A stretch of DNA of 64,000 nucleotides, from IMG/VR virus record IMGVR_UViG_3300021376_000006; one strand, 5' to 3'. The DNA comes from a virus (lineage: Duplodnaviria > Caudoviricetes). The position numbers and the translations under genes are program-made. Under the pieces are notes generated by a model. That model worked only from the letters and a program-made list of their open reading frames with translations, did not search any database and was not told the DNA's origin. How positions within the stretch are numbered: position 1 is the stretch's first letter; each line of letters opens with the position of its first letter. Shown one piece after another: positions 1 to 8,369 of the stretch.

Positions 1-956
1 AGATCTAGGAATCGCAATTTGCGATCTAGATTGGCCACAAGCATGGTATCTTGTCGGTTGTAGTCAATGAACTTGGGAAAGTCTTTGTTGTATAGCTGAT
101 CCAGTGTGCCTTCGTATTGTGTCTTACGCTCATCTAGTTCGTATTCACCAATGGCATCCAAGCTATAACTGTGTCGCTCTTCATATGTGTATTTGCGATA
201 CAGTTGCATATAGTCCATATGCACTCGGCCAATTAAATCAAATGTGAGATTCTCTGCACCAAAACGTTCAAATGTTCGTTGTTTGGGTAGTTGATTCCAT
301 AGGCAGAATCTGCGGGTATCGTCCTTGGCCAACACCTTGGTTGTACGCATGACCATGTAAGGAATATCGAAGCCCTCTGAGTTCCACCCACTCAAGATGT
401 CTGCATCTTCGATGATATCAAGAAATGTATTAAGTAAATCTTCTTCTCGTTCAAATAAAAAACAGTTGTCGTATTGGTTGCATATTTCTTGTGCCGTAGC
501 CCACGAATAACTCTTGGGCGGCACAACCAACGTAACTAGTTTGTCCATCCAGTCTAGATACACGCTAATTGCTGTAATTGGATTGAACGGATCTTCAGGT
601 TTTGAGAAACCTCTCGCCGGGTCAAAGTCTACCTCAATGTCGAAAAAAACCGTTTGTAATTTAGGCGAATTGGCGCCAAGATAGTTTGTCTCTAAACAGC
701 GAAATATGGGATTGATGTCACTTTCCCACAAAATTTTTCCTGAGTTGATTTTAAGTTCTTTATGATATTCTTTGCTGTTGCGAGTGCTGAATCTTGACAC
801 CGCAGTGTGATATATGGTACGATACTTGCCCTTGGGATCATCATAGTAGAACACATATTCAGCGGGATATTCACGGTACTGTCGTTCGCCATTCACACGT
901 TCTACCACACGAATGCGATCTTTGTCTCTGTCAAACAGAGCATCTATATAACTCAT
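1..956 (-). CDS. DNA polymerase family B (T4 gp43-like), N-terminal/3'-5' exonuclease part; runs off the window
   Basis: Hand translation MSYIDALFDRDKDRIRVVER... with ExoI FFDIEV, ExoII SGWNSEGFDIPY and ExoIII YNRQD motifs; AAGGAG SD. Confidence 0.92.
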   Translation of the reverse strand, partial: MSYIDALFDRDKDRIRVVERVNGERQYREYPAEYVFYYDDPKGKYRTIYHTAVSRFSTRNSKEYHKELKINSGKILWESDINPIFRCLETNYLGANSPKLQTVFFDIEVDFDPARGFSKPEDPFNPITAISVYLDWMDKLVTLVVPPKSYSWATAQEICNQYDNCFLFEREEDLLNTFLDIIEDADILSGWNSEGFDIPYMVMRTTKVLAKDDTRRFCLWNQLPKQRTFERFGAENLTFDLIGRVHMDYMQLYRKYTYEERHSYSLDAIGEYELDERKTQYEGTLDQLYNKDFPKFIDYNRQDTMLVANLDRKLRFLD

Positions 957-967
957 CTATTCTCCTT

Positions 968-987
968 GTGTGACTTCTAGCTCACAC
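968..987 (-). promoter_or_regulatory. Hairpin abutting the polB Shine-Dalgarno (possible translational operator)
   Basis: GTGTGA-GCTAGAAG-TCACAC directly followed by AAGGAG..ATG. Confidence 0.45.
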
Positions 988-1027
988 TACTCTACATGCC
1001 GTTTTTGGTCCAGCGAGACCATGATAT

Positions 1028-1318
1028 TTATTGTGCAAGCATTCTTGCTAGTCCTACTGTGTCAATTGTGACCAGTAGTAGATAATTGGCCAACATACCA
1101 AAGGAACCACGACTATAAGCACACCCAGCGTATATAGCACAACCTGTAATCCAGACTGGATACAGGACAAGAAGGGGTGGATTAGGCACGGTGAGGGCCA
1201 TAGCGATAGCACAACCAATAGATAGAGCCCAAGCCAGGACCTCAAGACAAAAACGCAATCTATGACTCGCATAATCCTGCCGGATCCATTGTGAGATTTC
1301 ATATAATATGTGATTCAT
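1028..1318 (-). CDS. Small membrane protein
   Basis: 96 aa, 3 hydrophobic segments. Confidence 0.75.
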   Translation of the reverse strand: MNHILYEISQWIRQDYASHRLRFCLEVLAWALSIGCAIAMALTVPNPPLLVLYPVWITGCAIYAGCAYSRGSFGMLANYLLLVTIDTVGLARMLAQ

Positions 1319-1674
1319 TAGTCTGCATGCCTGGTTAAGTAATTGATTCTAATATTTTTTGCTCCAAAATATTCTTTCACACAGCGAACGACAATATCAG
1401 AATCAAATTCTTTACAACTAAAGACGTCAAAGTATGCAGAATGGTTTGTTTCAATAAAATGACCAGTGATGGTACTTGTGGTAATAAGTTGCATCAAACT
1501 GTAGCCTTGTTTGGGATCACCGGGTAAAAGATACTCTATCACCGGATCTCCGTGTGCTGTCATATCAATGCTCTTGACTAAATTGGTAACAAATGCGTGT
1601 ATATTTGCACGACTTTTTATACCATCGTTGCAGCCAGAACAATCAAGCATCAAATGATACCCAAAGTAAGTCAT
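1318..1674 (-). CDS. speD: S-adenosylmethionine decarboxylase proenzyme
   Basis: GYHLMLDCSGC, LITTSTITGHF (self-cleavage Ser), YFDVFSCKEFD motifs. Confidence 0.85.
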   Translation of the reverse strand: MTYFGYHLMLDCSGCNDGIKSRANIHAFVTNLVKSIDMTAHGDPVIEYLLPGDPKQGYSLMQLITTSTITGHFIETNHSAYFDVFSCKEFDSDIVVRCVKEYFGAKNIRINYLTRHAD

Positions 1675-1931
1675 AGTGTTTTACCTACAGTTTGCAGAAT
1701 GGTGTTGAGTTGTTCATTTTCTGCGTTTGTTTCGCCCAGCTTGCTTTTGTGTGCAATGCGAATCGCTTTCTTTAGCACACCAGGTTTAACTTCCAATTCT
1801 TCGGCAATGGCTTTAACGGTGTCGTTGAGTCCCTCTGTGAGATCCTCAACTTCTTGCATGATAGTCATGCCTTCATTTATCAATTGTGTAAGTTTGGCTT
1901 TTTGTTCTGAACTGAACATTCTTGAACTCAT
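1671..1931 (-). CDS. T4 DsbA/GapR(DUF2312)-like dsDNA-binding protein
   Basis: 86 aa helical; 'VKAIAEELEVKPGVLKKAIRIAHK' pattern. Confidence 0.65.
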   Translation of the reverse strand: MSSRMFSSEQKAKLTQLINEGMTIMQEVEDLTEGLNDTVKAIAEELEVKPGVLKKAIRIAHKSKLGETNAENEQLNTILQTVGKTL

Positions 1932-1980
1932 AATATCTCCTGTGTTGAGTTAAATAAATTATAAACTTATACGTCAAAAA

Positions 1981-2066
1981 TTGCAAGCGATATTTGCTCA
2001 CTTTCAACCTTGGGGCACGACTCCCGTGGTTGGCGCAGCAGCCGCGCACACCGGTCCTAAGGGTGT
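1981..2066 (-). ncRNA. Candidate structured RNA (three-way junction)
   Basis: GC-rich intergenic; CCTTAGG/CCCAAGG closes GCGC/GCGC and CACG/CGTG hairpins. Confidence 0.4.
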
Positions 2067-2068
2067 TC

Positions 2069-2248
2069 TTATTTTTTTGGTTCGCATGTGCGAGTGCGTT
2101 GGATTGTACCATCCGCTTTGCGTTCTTCACGCCATTCTGTGCATACTTGAGTTTCTGTTCGTTCTGGTAACACTTTGTCCACAGTCCAGTTGGCTGCCAT
2201 CCAGCCCATTGCACTAAAAAATCCCCATACTAGTATTTCTGCCATCAT
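2069..2248 (-). CDS. Small membrane/secreted protein (59 aa, not in ORF track)
   Basis: MMAEILVWGFFSAMGWMAANW...CEPKK; overlaps the upstream stop by 4 nt. Confidence 0.7.
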   Translation of the reverse strand: MMAEILVWGFFSAMGWMAANWTVDKVLPERTETQVCTEWREERKADGTIQRTRTCEPKK

Positions 2249-3399
2249 TTAGTTTGTAATAATAATTTAAGTCTTTGTTCTAGCTCTTCCCAATATACCA
2301 AATCTGCTGTTATTGGAGTGACCAATATAATTGAACTTGGAAGAAAATACGGAGTACACAATCCAGCATATTCGTAATCTTGTTTTGCCAATGATTTGTT
2401 TACTAAAAGCTCTTTAGCCAACCCGGTTCCTCGAAAACCAGTTACACCGTAATCTTTTAATTTATCAAATAAAATTTCATGTTGAATATTAATATTTTCG
2501 ACCAATTCAGAATTAAATTGTTCTAACACACAATTGGCTAAAGCTATACCAAGCATTTGCGGTTGCCAGGTATGACCGTACATGATTGAATTTTTTACAT
2601 TTGAATAAACTCTGTCATTCATCAAAGCACAACTAAGTGGAACCATGCCGCCTGTGATACTTTTTCCCATTATGTTGATATCAGGTTTTACGTTGTATTT
2701 TTGATAACTAAACGCAGGTCCTACTTTGCCAAATCCGCCCCACACATCATCTACTATCAATAATATATCTTTTTGGTCACACAACGTCCTAATTTTTTGC
2801 CACCAATTATTAGTCCATGGTCGTAAACCGTTTATCCACGGAATAGATTCCATGACAATAGTTCCTATAGAAATATCTGTATTGGTAATCTTTTCAATTA
2901 CACCAAGTAAATTAATTTCATCTTGAACTTGATCATTTGCAGGCGCTGGTAAAATTATATTGTAGTCTGACGACTTTTCTCCGCGTAGCATTCTTGCACG
3001 GTAAGTTGTACCATGATAACCAGGATAGAAGCTTATTGTCTTATTTTTTCTTGGATCAACATTTTTCCAATATTGGTCTGCAATTTCTAGTCCAGCTTCA
3101 ACACCATCACTGCCACTGACAGCATACAAAACTGCATTCATGCCACTTGTTTGCAAAAGTCGTTTGTTAACTTTTTCTACTAGATGATTTTTTTCACTTG
3201 ATCTACCGCGTAAAAACTGAACATCGCGCAATTGAGATTCAACAGCAGCAATTAAATTGGAATCGCTGTAGCCCCAAATGTATGCACTGTGTCCGCACAT
3301 TAGGTCTAAGTATTTTTTTGATTCTGTTTCGATCCAATAATCATAGGTTTTAGTAACAAAGCGGGTCGCTTCTTCGTTACAGTGTTCGACTATTTCCAT
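2245..3399 (-). CDS. Class III PLP-dependent aminotransferase
   Basis: YLDLMCG, SGSDGVE, GYHG, LIVDDVWGGFGK, DINIMGKSITGG (PLP Lys). Confidence 0.9.
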   Translation of the reverse strand: MEIVEHCNEEATRFVTKTYDYWIETESKKYLDLMCGHSAYIWGYSDSNLIAAVESQLRDVQFLRGRSSEKNHLVEKVNKRLLQTSGMNAVLYAVSGSDGVEAGLEIADQYWKNVDPRKNKTISFYPGYHGTTYRARMLRGEKSSDYNIILPAPANDQVQDEINLLGVIEKITNTDISIGTIVMESIPWINGLRPWTNNWWQKIRTLCDQKDILLIVDDVWGGFGKVGPAFSYQKYNVKPDINIMGKSITGGMVPLSCALMNDRVYSNVKNSIMYGHTWQPQMLGIALANCVLEQFNSELVENINIQHEILFDKLKDYGVTGFRGTGLAKELLVNKSLAKQDYEYAGLCTPYFLPSSIILVTPITADLVYWEELEQRLKLLLQTK

Positions 3400-3985
3400 A
3401 AAAATATTTTGAGGGTTGATTAATACAATCTTTGATAATTCCTACTGCTGTATTATTTAAAACAACTTCGTAATGGTTACATTCTAGTTCAACCAAATTC
3501 ATAATGTCTTCGCGTTTACGCTGACTCGATATAGTGACTACTCCGTCGTTAGGAGCAGGAATCCAAGGTGCTGATCCTTGAATAGTTACTATATTTGTCC
3601 ACGGTTTGTTAATACGTATTGATCTAGAAAGTTTCATAGCCCACGACGTGGGACCTATATCTTTCAGTAATCGACTGTAAGGTAAAAAGTACTTGGCAAC
3701 ATCCGCCACTTCCGCGCCACCGTATGGTGTACTTAGTGTTACTGCACCCAACACCTGATTTTCAAATGCGGCTGCTAGATGTAATGCGTAGATTCCGCCA
3801 AGACTATGACAAATAAAAAACATGTTTTTTTGTGCCGATAACAAATTTTTCATGTTTTCTAAGTTGACTTCGAAGCCGTTCCTGCTGTCATAATTTATGA
3901 GCAGTTCTTTGCCTTTAATTTGTTGTCGAATGTAGTTGAAACTTTCACTAGTTGCACTGGCACCGTGAATATAGACTAGAAGCAT
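3377..3985 (-). CDS. Alpha/beta hydrolase
   Basis: YIHGA, CHSLGG nucleophile elbow, NDGVV, C-terminal His. Confidence 0.85.
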   Translation of the reverse strand: MLLVYIHGASATSESFNYIRQQIKGKELLINYDSRNGFEVNLENMKNLLSAQKNMFFICHSLGGIYALHLAAAFENQVLGAVTLSTPYGGAEVADVAKYFLPYSRLLKDIGPTSWAMKLSRSIRINKPWTNIVTIQGSAPWIPAPNDGVVTISSQRKREDIMNLVELECNHYEVVLNNTAVGIIKDCINQPSKYFYGNSRTL

Positions 3986-3992
3986 TGTGCGC

Positions 3993-4427
3993 TTATTTAA
4001 GAGTAGATCTCAACATCCATGAATGTTTTGCATGGGCATCTTGTCTGCTTGCTAGAAAATCACTTAGGCCATGTTGTCCTAATTCTTCAGCAGCTTGAAA
4101 CACGATTCGAAACATTTCTTGCATCTTGTCGCTGTCTTGTAATAATTCTAGTAGCATGGACTCCGCAGGCAGAATATTAGTTTCGTCATCAACCAAACTG
4201 AGTACACTAAAACGCTCAAAAGAACCTGGAGTATATGAACCAGTCGCTCTTATTTCTTCAGCAAATTTGTCAATGCTGCTGTACACTTCTTCATAAATTT
4301 TCGCAAACAATTCGTGATATTGTGGAAAATTAGGCCCTTCCACATTCCAATGAAAATAGTGTGCTTTGAGGTAAAAAGCATACTCACTGGCAAATGCTAT
4401 TTTAAGAGCTTGTTTTAATGCGTCCAT
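3993..4427 (-). CDS. dps: Dps / ferritin-like DNA protection protein
   Basis: HYFHWNVEGPNFPQYHELF, DKFAEEIRA, HAKHSWML. Confidence 0.95.
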   Translation of the reverse strand: MDALKQALKIAFASEYAFYLKAHYFHWNVEGPNFPQYHELFAKIYEEVYSSIDKFAEEIRATGSYTPGSFERFSVLSLVDDETNILPAESMLLELLQDSDKMQEMFRIVFQAAEELGQHGLSDFLASRQDAHAKHSWMLRSTLK

Positions 4428-4449
4428 TGCAGATCCTAATAAAGCGTAT

Positions 4450-4596
4450 TTATCTGCCTTGCCCTTGATAGGCTTTATGACTTCTACGCTTACTTTTGTT
4501 CATAGCACTAGTCTTGGGTCTGCGTCCGCCTTGGCTGGTGGATTTGACCACGTGAGCTATACTTTTTTTGTTTGTTTGTTGTCCTGGTTTAGCCAT
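4450..4596 (-). CDS. Highly basic 48-aa peptide (not in ORF track)
   Basis: MAKPGQQTNKK...KRRSHKAYQGQGR; AAGGAG SD. Confidence 0.75.
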   Translation of the reverse strand: MAKPGQQTNKKSIAHVVKSTSQGGRRPKTSAMNKSKRRSHKAYQGQGR

Positions 4597-4611
4597 TGCG
4601 TTCTCCTTGAA

Positions 4612-5301
4612 TTATTTAAACAGTTTGCTTTTACCGTAATGTTCGTCGTTAACCGTATCGGAACTTTTTTCATACATTACGGTGTCTGTGTCGCCCAAAC
4701 GCCATTTGGGATTTTGTTCTACTACATATTTTTTAGTGCATACTTTAAAATCTGGAAACTTCATGTCGCGTGGGTTGCTGGCAGCATCAAAAAACAAGCA
4801 TCTATTGTTTGGTTGTGCTGCATATTGACCGCTGTCTAGTTCTATGAAATTAAAACTCTTATGGTCTTCTGGCCATTCACTGTATCCAGTGTCTATGATG
4901 TTGTGATTAGGATGAGCATGATCCACAGTAAACATGTAATTGCCTGAGTACATGTTTTTATCTTTGGCATAAAATTTACAACTTAAATTTCTTAAAAATG
5001 CTTTTTGTATCACAGTCATATCATAATCAAAGCAATCCCAGATTTGCAAGGTATCTAGATTTAAAAAACTTGCAGTATCAAGAAGGTTTGTGCGTGATAC
5101 AAACGCATGCAGTGGTAATTTATCGTACAGTGCTCCGTAGTTGGGCAAGTAGGCTTCAATTCTAAAAGCTTGTCCTCTTATGCTTTTGATAGATACCCAT
5201 ATACACGGCTCATATTCGCCGTGTCCCTTTTCAAAATCATAGAGAAATTCTCGTCTGATATAACAGTGTACAGGTGGTGTGTTAGCTACTAGAAATGACA
5301 T
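4612..5301 (-). CDS. Conserved phage hypothetical protein
   Basis: 229 aa ORF in operon orientation. Confidence 0.8.
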   Translation of the reverse strand: MSFLVANTPPVHCYIRREFLYDFEKGHGEYEPCIWVSIKSIRGQAFRIEAYLPNYGALYDKLPLHAFVSRTNLLDTASFLNLDTLQIWDCFDYDMTVIQKAFLRNLSCKFYAKDKNMYSGNYMFTVDHAHPNHNIIDTGYSEWPEDHKSFNFIELDSGQYAAQPNNRCLFFDAASNPRDMKFPDFKVCTKKYVVEQNPKWRLGDTDTVMYEKSSDTVNDEHYGKSKLFK

Positions 5302-5310
5302 AGATTTGAC

Positions 5311-6279
5311 TTATGGTTGTTGATTTTTGTCTCCGGGGAATATTCTGCGAATTAAGCTTTGATTTTGCCTGTTGGGATCAATTACATTGCCCAATTCTTG
5401 ATGTACCAAAGCCTTGGGATCTTGTAACAATTTGCCTGCTGTAAAAATCGTACCTAACGCATCTAGTCCCTTTCGTAATGCACTAGGTTCTTGCTGTTGA
5501 TCCTGTGGTGGCTGTAATTCCGGAATACCTTGTTCTTTCATACCTCTAGTCTTGGTTGCTACATTCTTGGCTGGCCCTCTACGCTCTGGATTGGGATCTT
5601 CTCTGCGTTTTTTAGCTGCTGAGCTAGCACGACCTTTTTTACCAAGACTGTGTGCTTTGCTAGCAGGCAAGCATTTGGGTTTACCTTCGCCGCCGTCTCT
5701 GCCACCACACTCACCTCTAATTTTACCATCAGGACCGAACCGTACCCATTTTTCACGAAACCACTTTTTGAGATCTTCTTCTAGTTCGGACTCTGACATT
5801 TTTACACAGTTTGGAACCTGGCGGGAACCTTTTTTCTTCATACCCTGTTGTTGATAACCATCCCAGCATTTTTCGTCTAGTTGTTCTTCATTTGTTTTCT
5901 TAATACTATTAATAAATTTTCTATAAACACTTGCAGCTTCAGTTTTTCCTGCAGCTTTTGCTCTTTGTTCCATTGCTACCGCTGCTTGTATTTTATGTGC
6001 ATGACTTTTGCCACTATTACGAATTTTACTTACACTTGCTTTTGCATCCTCTGCAGTGGCAAATTTTAATCCTTGAATGGTACCTTTTGGATTTTCATCT
6101 GTATATAAGTCACTGTGTTTTTTACTATTAGCAGGTTGTCCTGGCTTTCTAGGTATTCTTTGTTCTTCGTTTGTTTTTTTATTTTTGACGCAATTAGGAT
6201 ATCGTTTACCAAACATGGTCTTCATGCCTTCTTTGTGGTAGCCTTTCCAACAGGCTTCTAGGAGTTCTCTGTATTTCAT
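5311..6279 (-). CDS. Probable virion internal protein; repeated E-x-CW-x-GY...PNCVK modules
   Basis: 322 aa; N-terminus MKYRELLE; two CWxGY modules. Confidence 0.6.
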   Translation of the reverse strand: MKYRELLEACWKGYHKEGMKTMFGKRYPNCVKNKKTNEEQRIPRKPGQPANSKKHSDLYTDENPKGTIQGLKFATAEDAKASVSKIRNSGKSHAHKIQAAVAMEQRAKAAGKTEAASVYRKFINSIKKTNEEQLDEKCWDGYQQQGMKKKGSRQVPNCVKMSESELEEDLKKWFREKWVRFGPDGKIRGECGGRDGGEGKPKCLPASKAHSLGKKGRASSAAKKRREDPNPERRGPAKNVATKTRGMKEQGIPELQPPQDQQQEPSALRKGLDALGTIFTAGKLLQDPKALVHQELGNVIDPNRQNQSLIRRIFPGDKNQQP

Positions 6280-7058
6280 TTGGCATCTCCATCTTGGCCC
6301 ATTTGGCCATCAGTAGGCTCGGGTCCTGTGACTTGCACACGTGGCTGTGGTTTGCCATCTGGCCCCATTACAACTCGTTCGCTTAAAATATCTAAATATC
6401 GTCTAAAAAATCTTGGATCCATTTGTTGGTTATTTTGGTTTCTTACAGTGTCTTCTTGTACATTTCCGCCGCTATTAGTTTTTGTTTGTGCTGCTGGTTG
6501 AGCTGGTGGTTGAGGTTTGGCTGCGGCTGTAGGTGCTGCTGGTTGAGGTGCTGTTGCTGGTTGAGCTGGTTTAGCTGCGGCTGTAGGTGCTGCTGGTTGA
6601 GCTGGTTGTGTATCTAATACACGATTTATAGCATCAGCTGCTTTTGGTTGAGCCGGTTGAGCTGGTGCTGCTGTTGGTTGAGCTGGTGATGCAGCAACAT
6701 CATCATCTTTATACTGACTAAAATCAGGTTTTTGCGTAGGTTGTGTTTCTGGTGCTCTTCCCACACCAGCTAGTGCTAATCTTTTCTCTACGGTGTTCAG
6801 ATCTTGTTGCATGTCGCCAACTATGCTGTTTACTCTAGGATCAGTATAAGTTATTTGGTTCGGTCCACCTGTTGTTAAACTTTTATCAGTTTGCAAGGTA
6901 CCTGCTAATTTCTCTCTACTCTGTATGTCTTGTTGATTGGGTTGAATACCCAGTTGTGGCACTCCACCTTGACGGTACTCAGTGCCAGCAATATCCAACG
7001 GTGGTTGGGACTGCTCACTGAGAATGTCTAAATATCGTCTAAAAAATCTTGGATCCAT
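6276..7058 (-). CDS. Ala/Pro/Gln-rich protein with duplicated N-terminal leader
   Basis: MDPRFFRRYLDILSE at residues 1 and 213; AQPAAPTAAAKP repeats. Confidence 0.75.
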   Translation of the reverse strand: MDPRFFRRYLDILSEQSQPPLDIAGTEYRQGGVPQLGIQPNQQDIQSREKLAGTLQTDKSLTTGGPNQITYTDPRVNSIVGDMQQDLNTVEKRLALAGVGRAPETQPTQKPDFSQYKDDDVAASPAQPTAAPAQPAQPKAADAINRVLDTQPAQPAAPTAAAKPAQPATAPQPAAPTAAAKPQPPAQPAAQTKTNSGGNVQEDTVRNQNNQQMDPRFFRRYLDILSERVVMGPDGKPQPRVQVTGPEPTDGQMGQDGDAK

Positions 7059-7059
7059 T
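6391..7059. repeat. 33-nt exact direct repeat (6391-6423 and 7027-7059)
   Basis: tctaaatatcgtctaaaaaatcttggatccatt occurs twice. Confidence 0.9.
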
Positions 7060-7075
7060 TAACTTTCCTTTAGAT

Positions 7076-8365
7076 TTATTTCTTGCTTTTGTTGCCCCAA
7101 TTAGCAGCACCTTTTTTGCGGCAGCGTACCAAGGCACCTGACGCATATGCCGACGGCCATACTTTATAACGACTTTTTACTTTGTGATAACAGGCATCCT
7201 GTTTTTCTGCTAGCATGCGATCCGCATAAGCAACGCGGCCACATTCAGGACATAGTGTGGCAGTTTCTGTGACAATATCATATCCAGCTCGACCTAGTTC
7301 TTCAACATAACGTTCACAATCCTCGTTAGCTACCACAGCCTTCATTTGTGTTTTTTCTTCCTTGGGCTTGTCAAAAACTTTAACTGATTTTACCTTACGG
7401 TAGGGATGTAGGTTTTTATTAAAAGCTGCTGTGGTCGCAGGATCAGGCGTTACTTTTTCTCCTGGCTTGTCAGGTTTGGCAAAGAGATAATCTTTTTTTC
7501 CTTTATCGAGCTCAATTTTATATTTCACCGAACCGTCTGCGCTTTCTTTTACCTTGTATTTCTTTTTAATTTCTGCCTGCCGTGCATGTCTCTCTTGGTC
7601 GTCTTCAATGTCATATGACTGACCTAGTTCTTTAAAATATTCAGGATCTGGTGCCCCACGCTTTTTGCGTAGTTCTTGATGACGCTTGTATAACTTGTCT
7701 TGCACGGATCCTTCATCTACTGTTTTGTTCTTGGGTTCTGGCCTTGGTTGCGGTGCTCTTGGAATTTCAGGAATGGCAAATCCACCTTCACGCATGGCAG
7801 AGATACGCTGTTCGGCAATCATGATCAAGTCGCGCATTTCTTCTATGCTTTCGCAGTTCCATCTGCGTAAGGCCTTGTTGATTGGGCTATCTGGATTGCG
7901 TTTGGTTTTGGCACTGGCACGAGATTTTTTCATACCACTCATTCTGGCACAGAAACTCTTACGACGCTTGGCACTCTTGGAACCTTTCTTTAGTTTGCTG
8001 GGCTTGGTGGTCACTGCTGTTTGCAATTTACTACCGGGGTTTTCTCTGCGATAGGCCTTCACTGCCTTGCGACTCATGCCCGGGGTTTTGTCTCTACGAT
8101 TGACCTTTTTCCAGTCTTCATCTAATGGATCATCCACCTTTTTAGTTGGATAGTGTAGATCTAAGCTTCGAGCTCGCATACCGCTGACCACAGACCAGCC
8201 CATTTCTCTAGCACGATTTTCAGCAAATCGTCGGCCTGAACTTTTGTGGCTCCAAGTATCTTTGATTTCTTTTGTGTCTGGATCATAGGCATAAAAGTCA
8301 TCATCTAGAAAGCGTGGTTCACTGCCTTCATTTAATTTTTTACTAAATATATCGTTTACGAACAT
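7076..8365 (-). CDS. Probable virion internal modular protein
   Basis: 429 aa; basic modules EDWKKVNRRDK...RRWNC and EKQDACYHKVKSRY...WGNKSKK. Confidence 0.6.
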   Translation of the reverse strand: MFVNDIFSKKLNEGSEPRFLDDDFYAYDPDTKEIKDTWSHKSSGRRFAENRAREMGWSVVSGMRARSLDLHYPTKKVDDPLDEDWKKVNRRDKTPGMSRKAVKAYRRENPGSKLQTAVTTKPSKLKKGSKSAKRRKSFCARMSGMKKSRASAKTKRNPDSPINKALRRWNCESIEEMRDLIMIAEQRISAMREGGFAIPEIPRAPQPRPEPKNKTVDEGSVQDKLYKRHQELRKKRGAPDPEYFKELGQSYDIEDDQERHARQAEIKKKYKVKESADGSVKYKIELDKGKKDYLFAKPDKPGEKVTPDPATTAAFNKNLHPYRKVKSVKVFDKPKEEKTQMKAVVANEDCERYVEELGRAGYDIVTETATLCPECGRVAYADRMLAEKQDACYHKVKSRYKVWPSAYASGALVRCRKKGAANWGNKSKK

Positions 8366-8369
8366 AATT

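Noticed and set aside
1873-2217. ORF-track entries 1873-2214 (-) and 1981-2217 (+)
   Set aside because: Wrong frame or antisense; the coupled 59-aa ORF 2069-2248 and a structured intergenic element explain the region.
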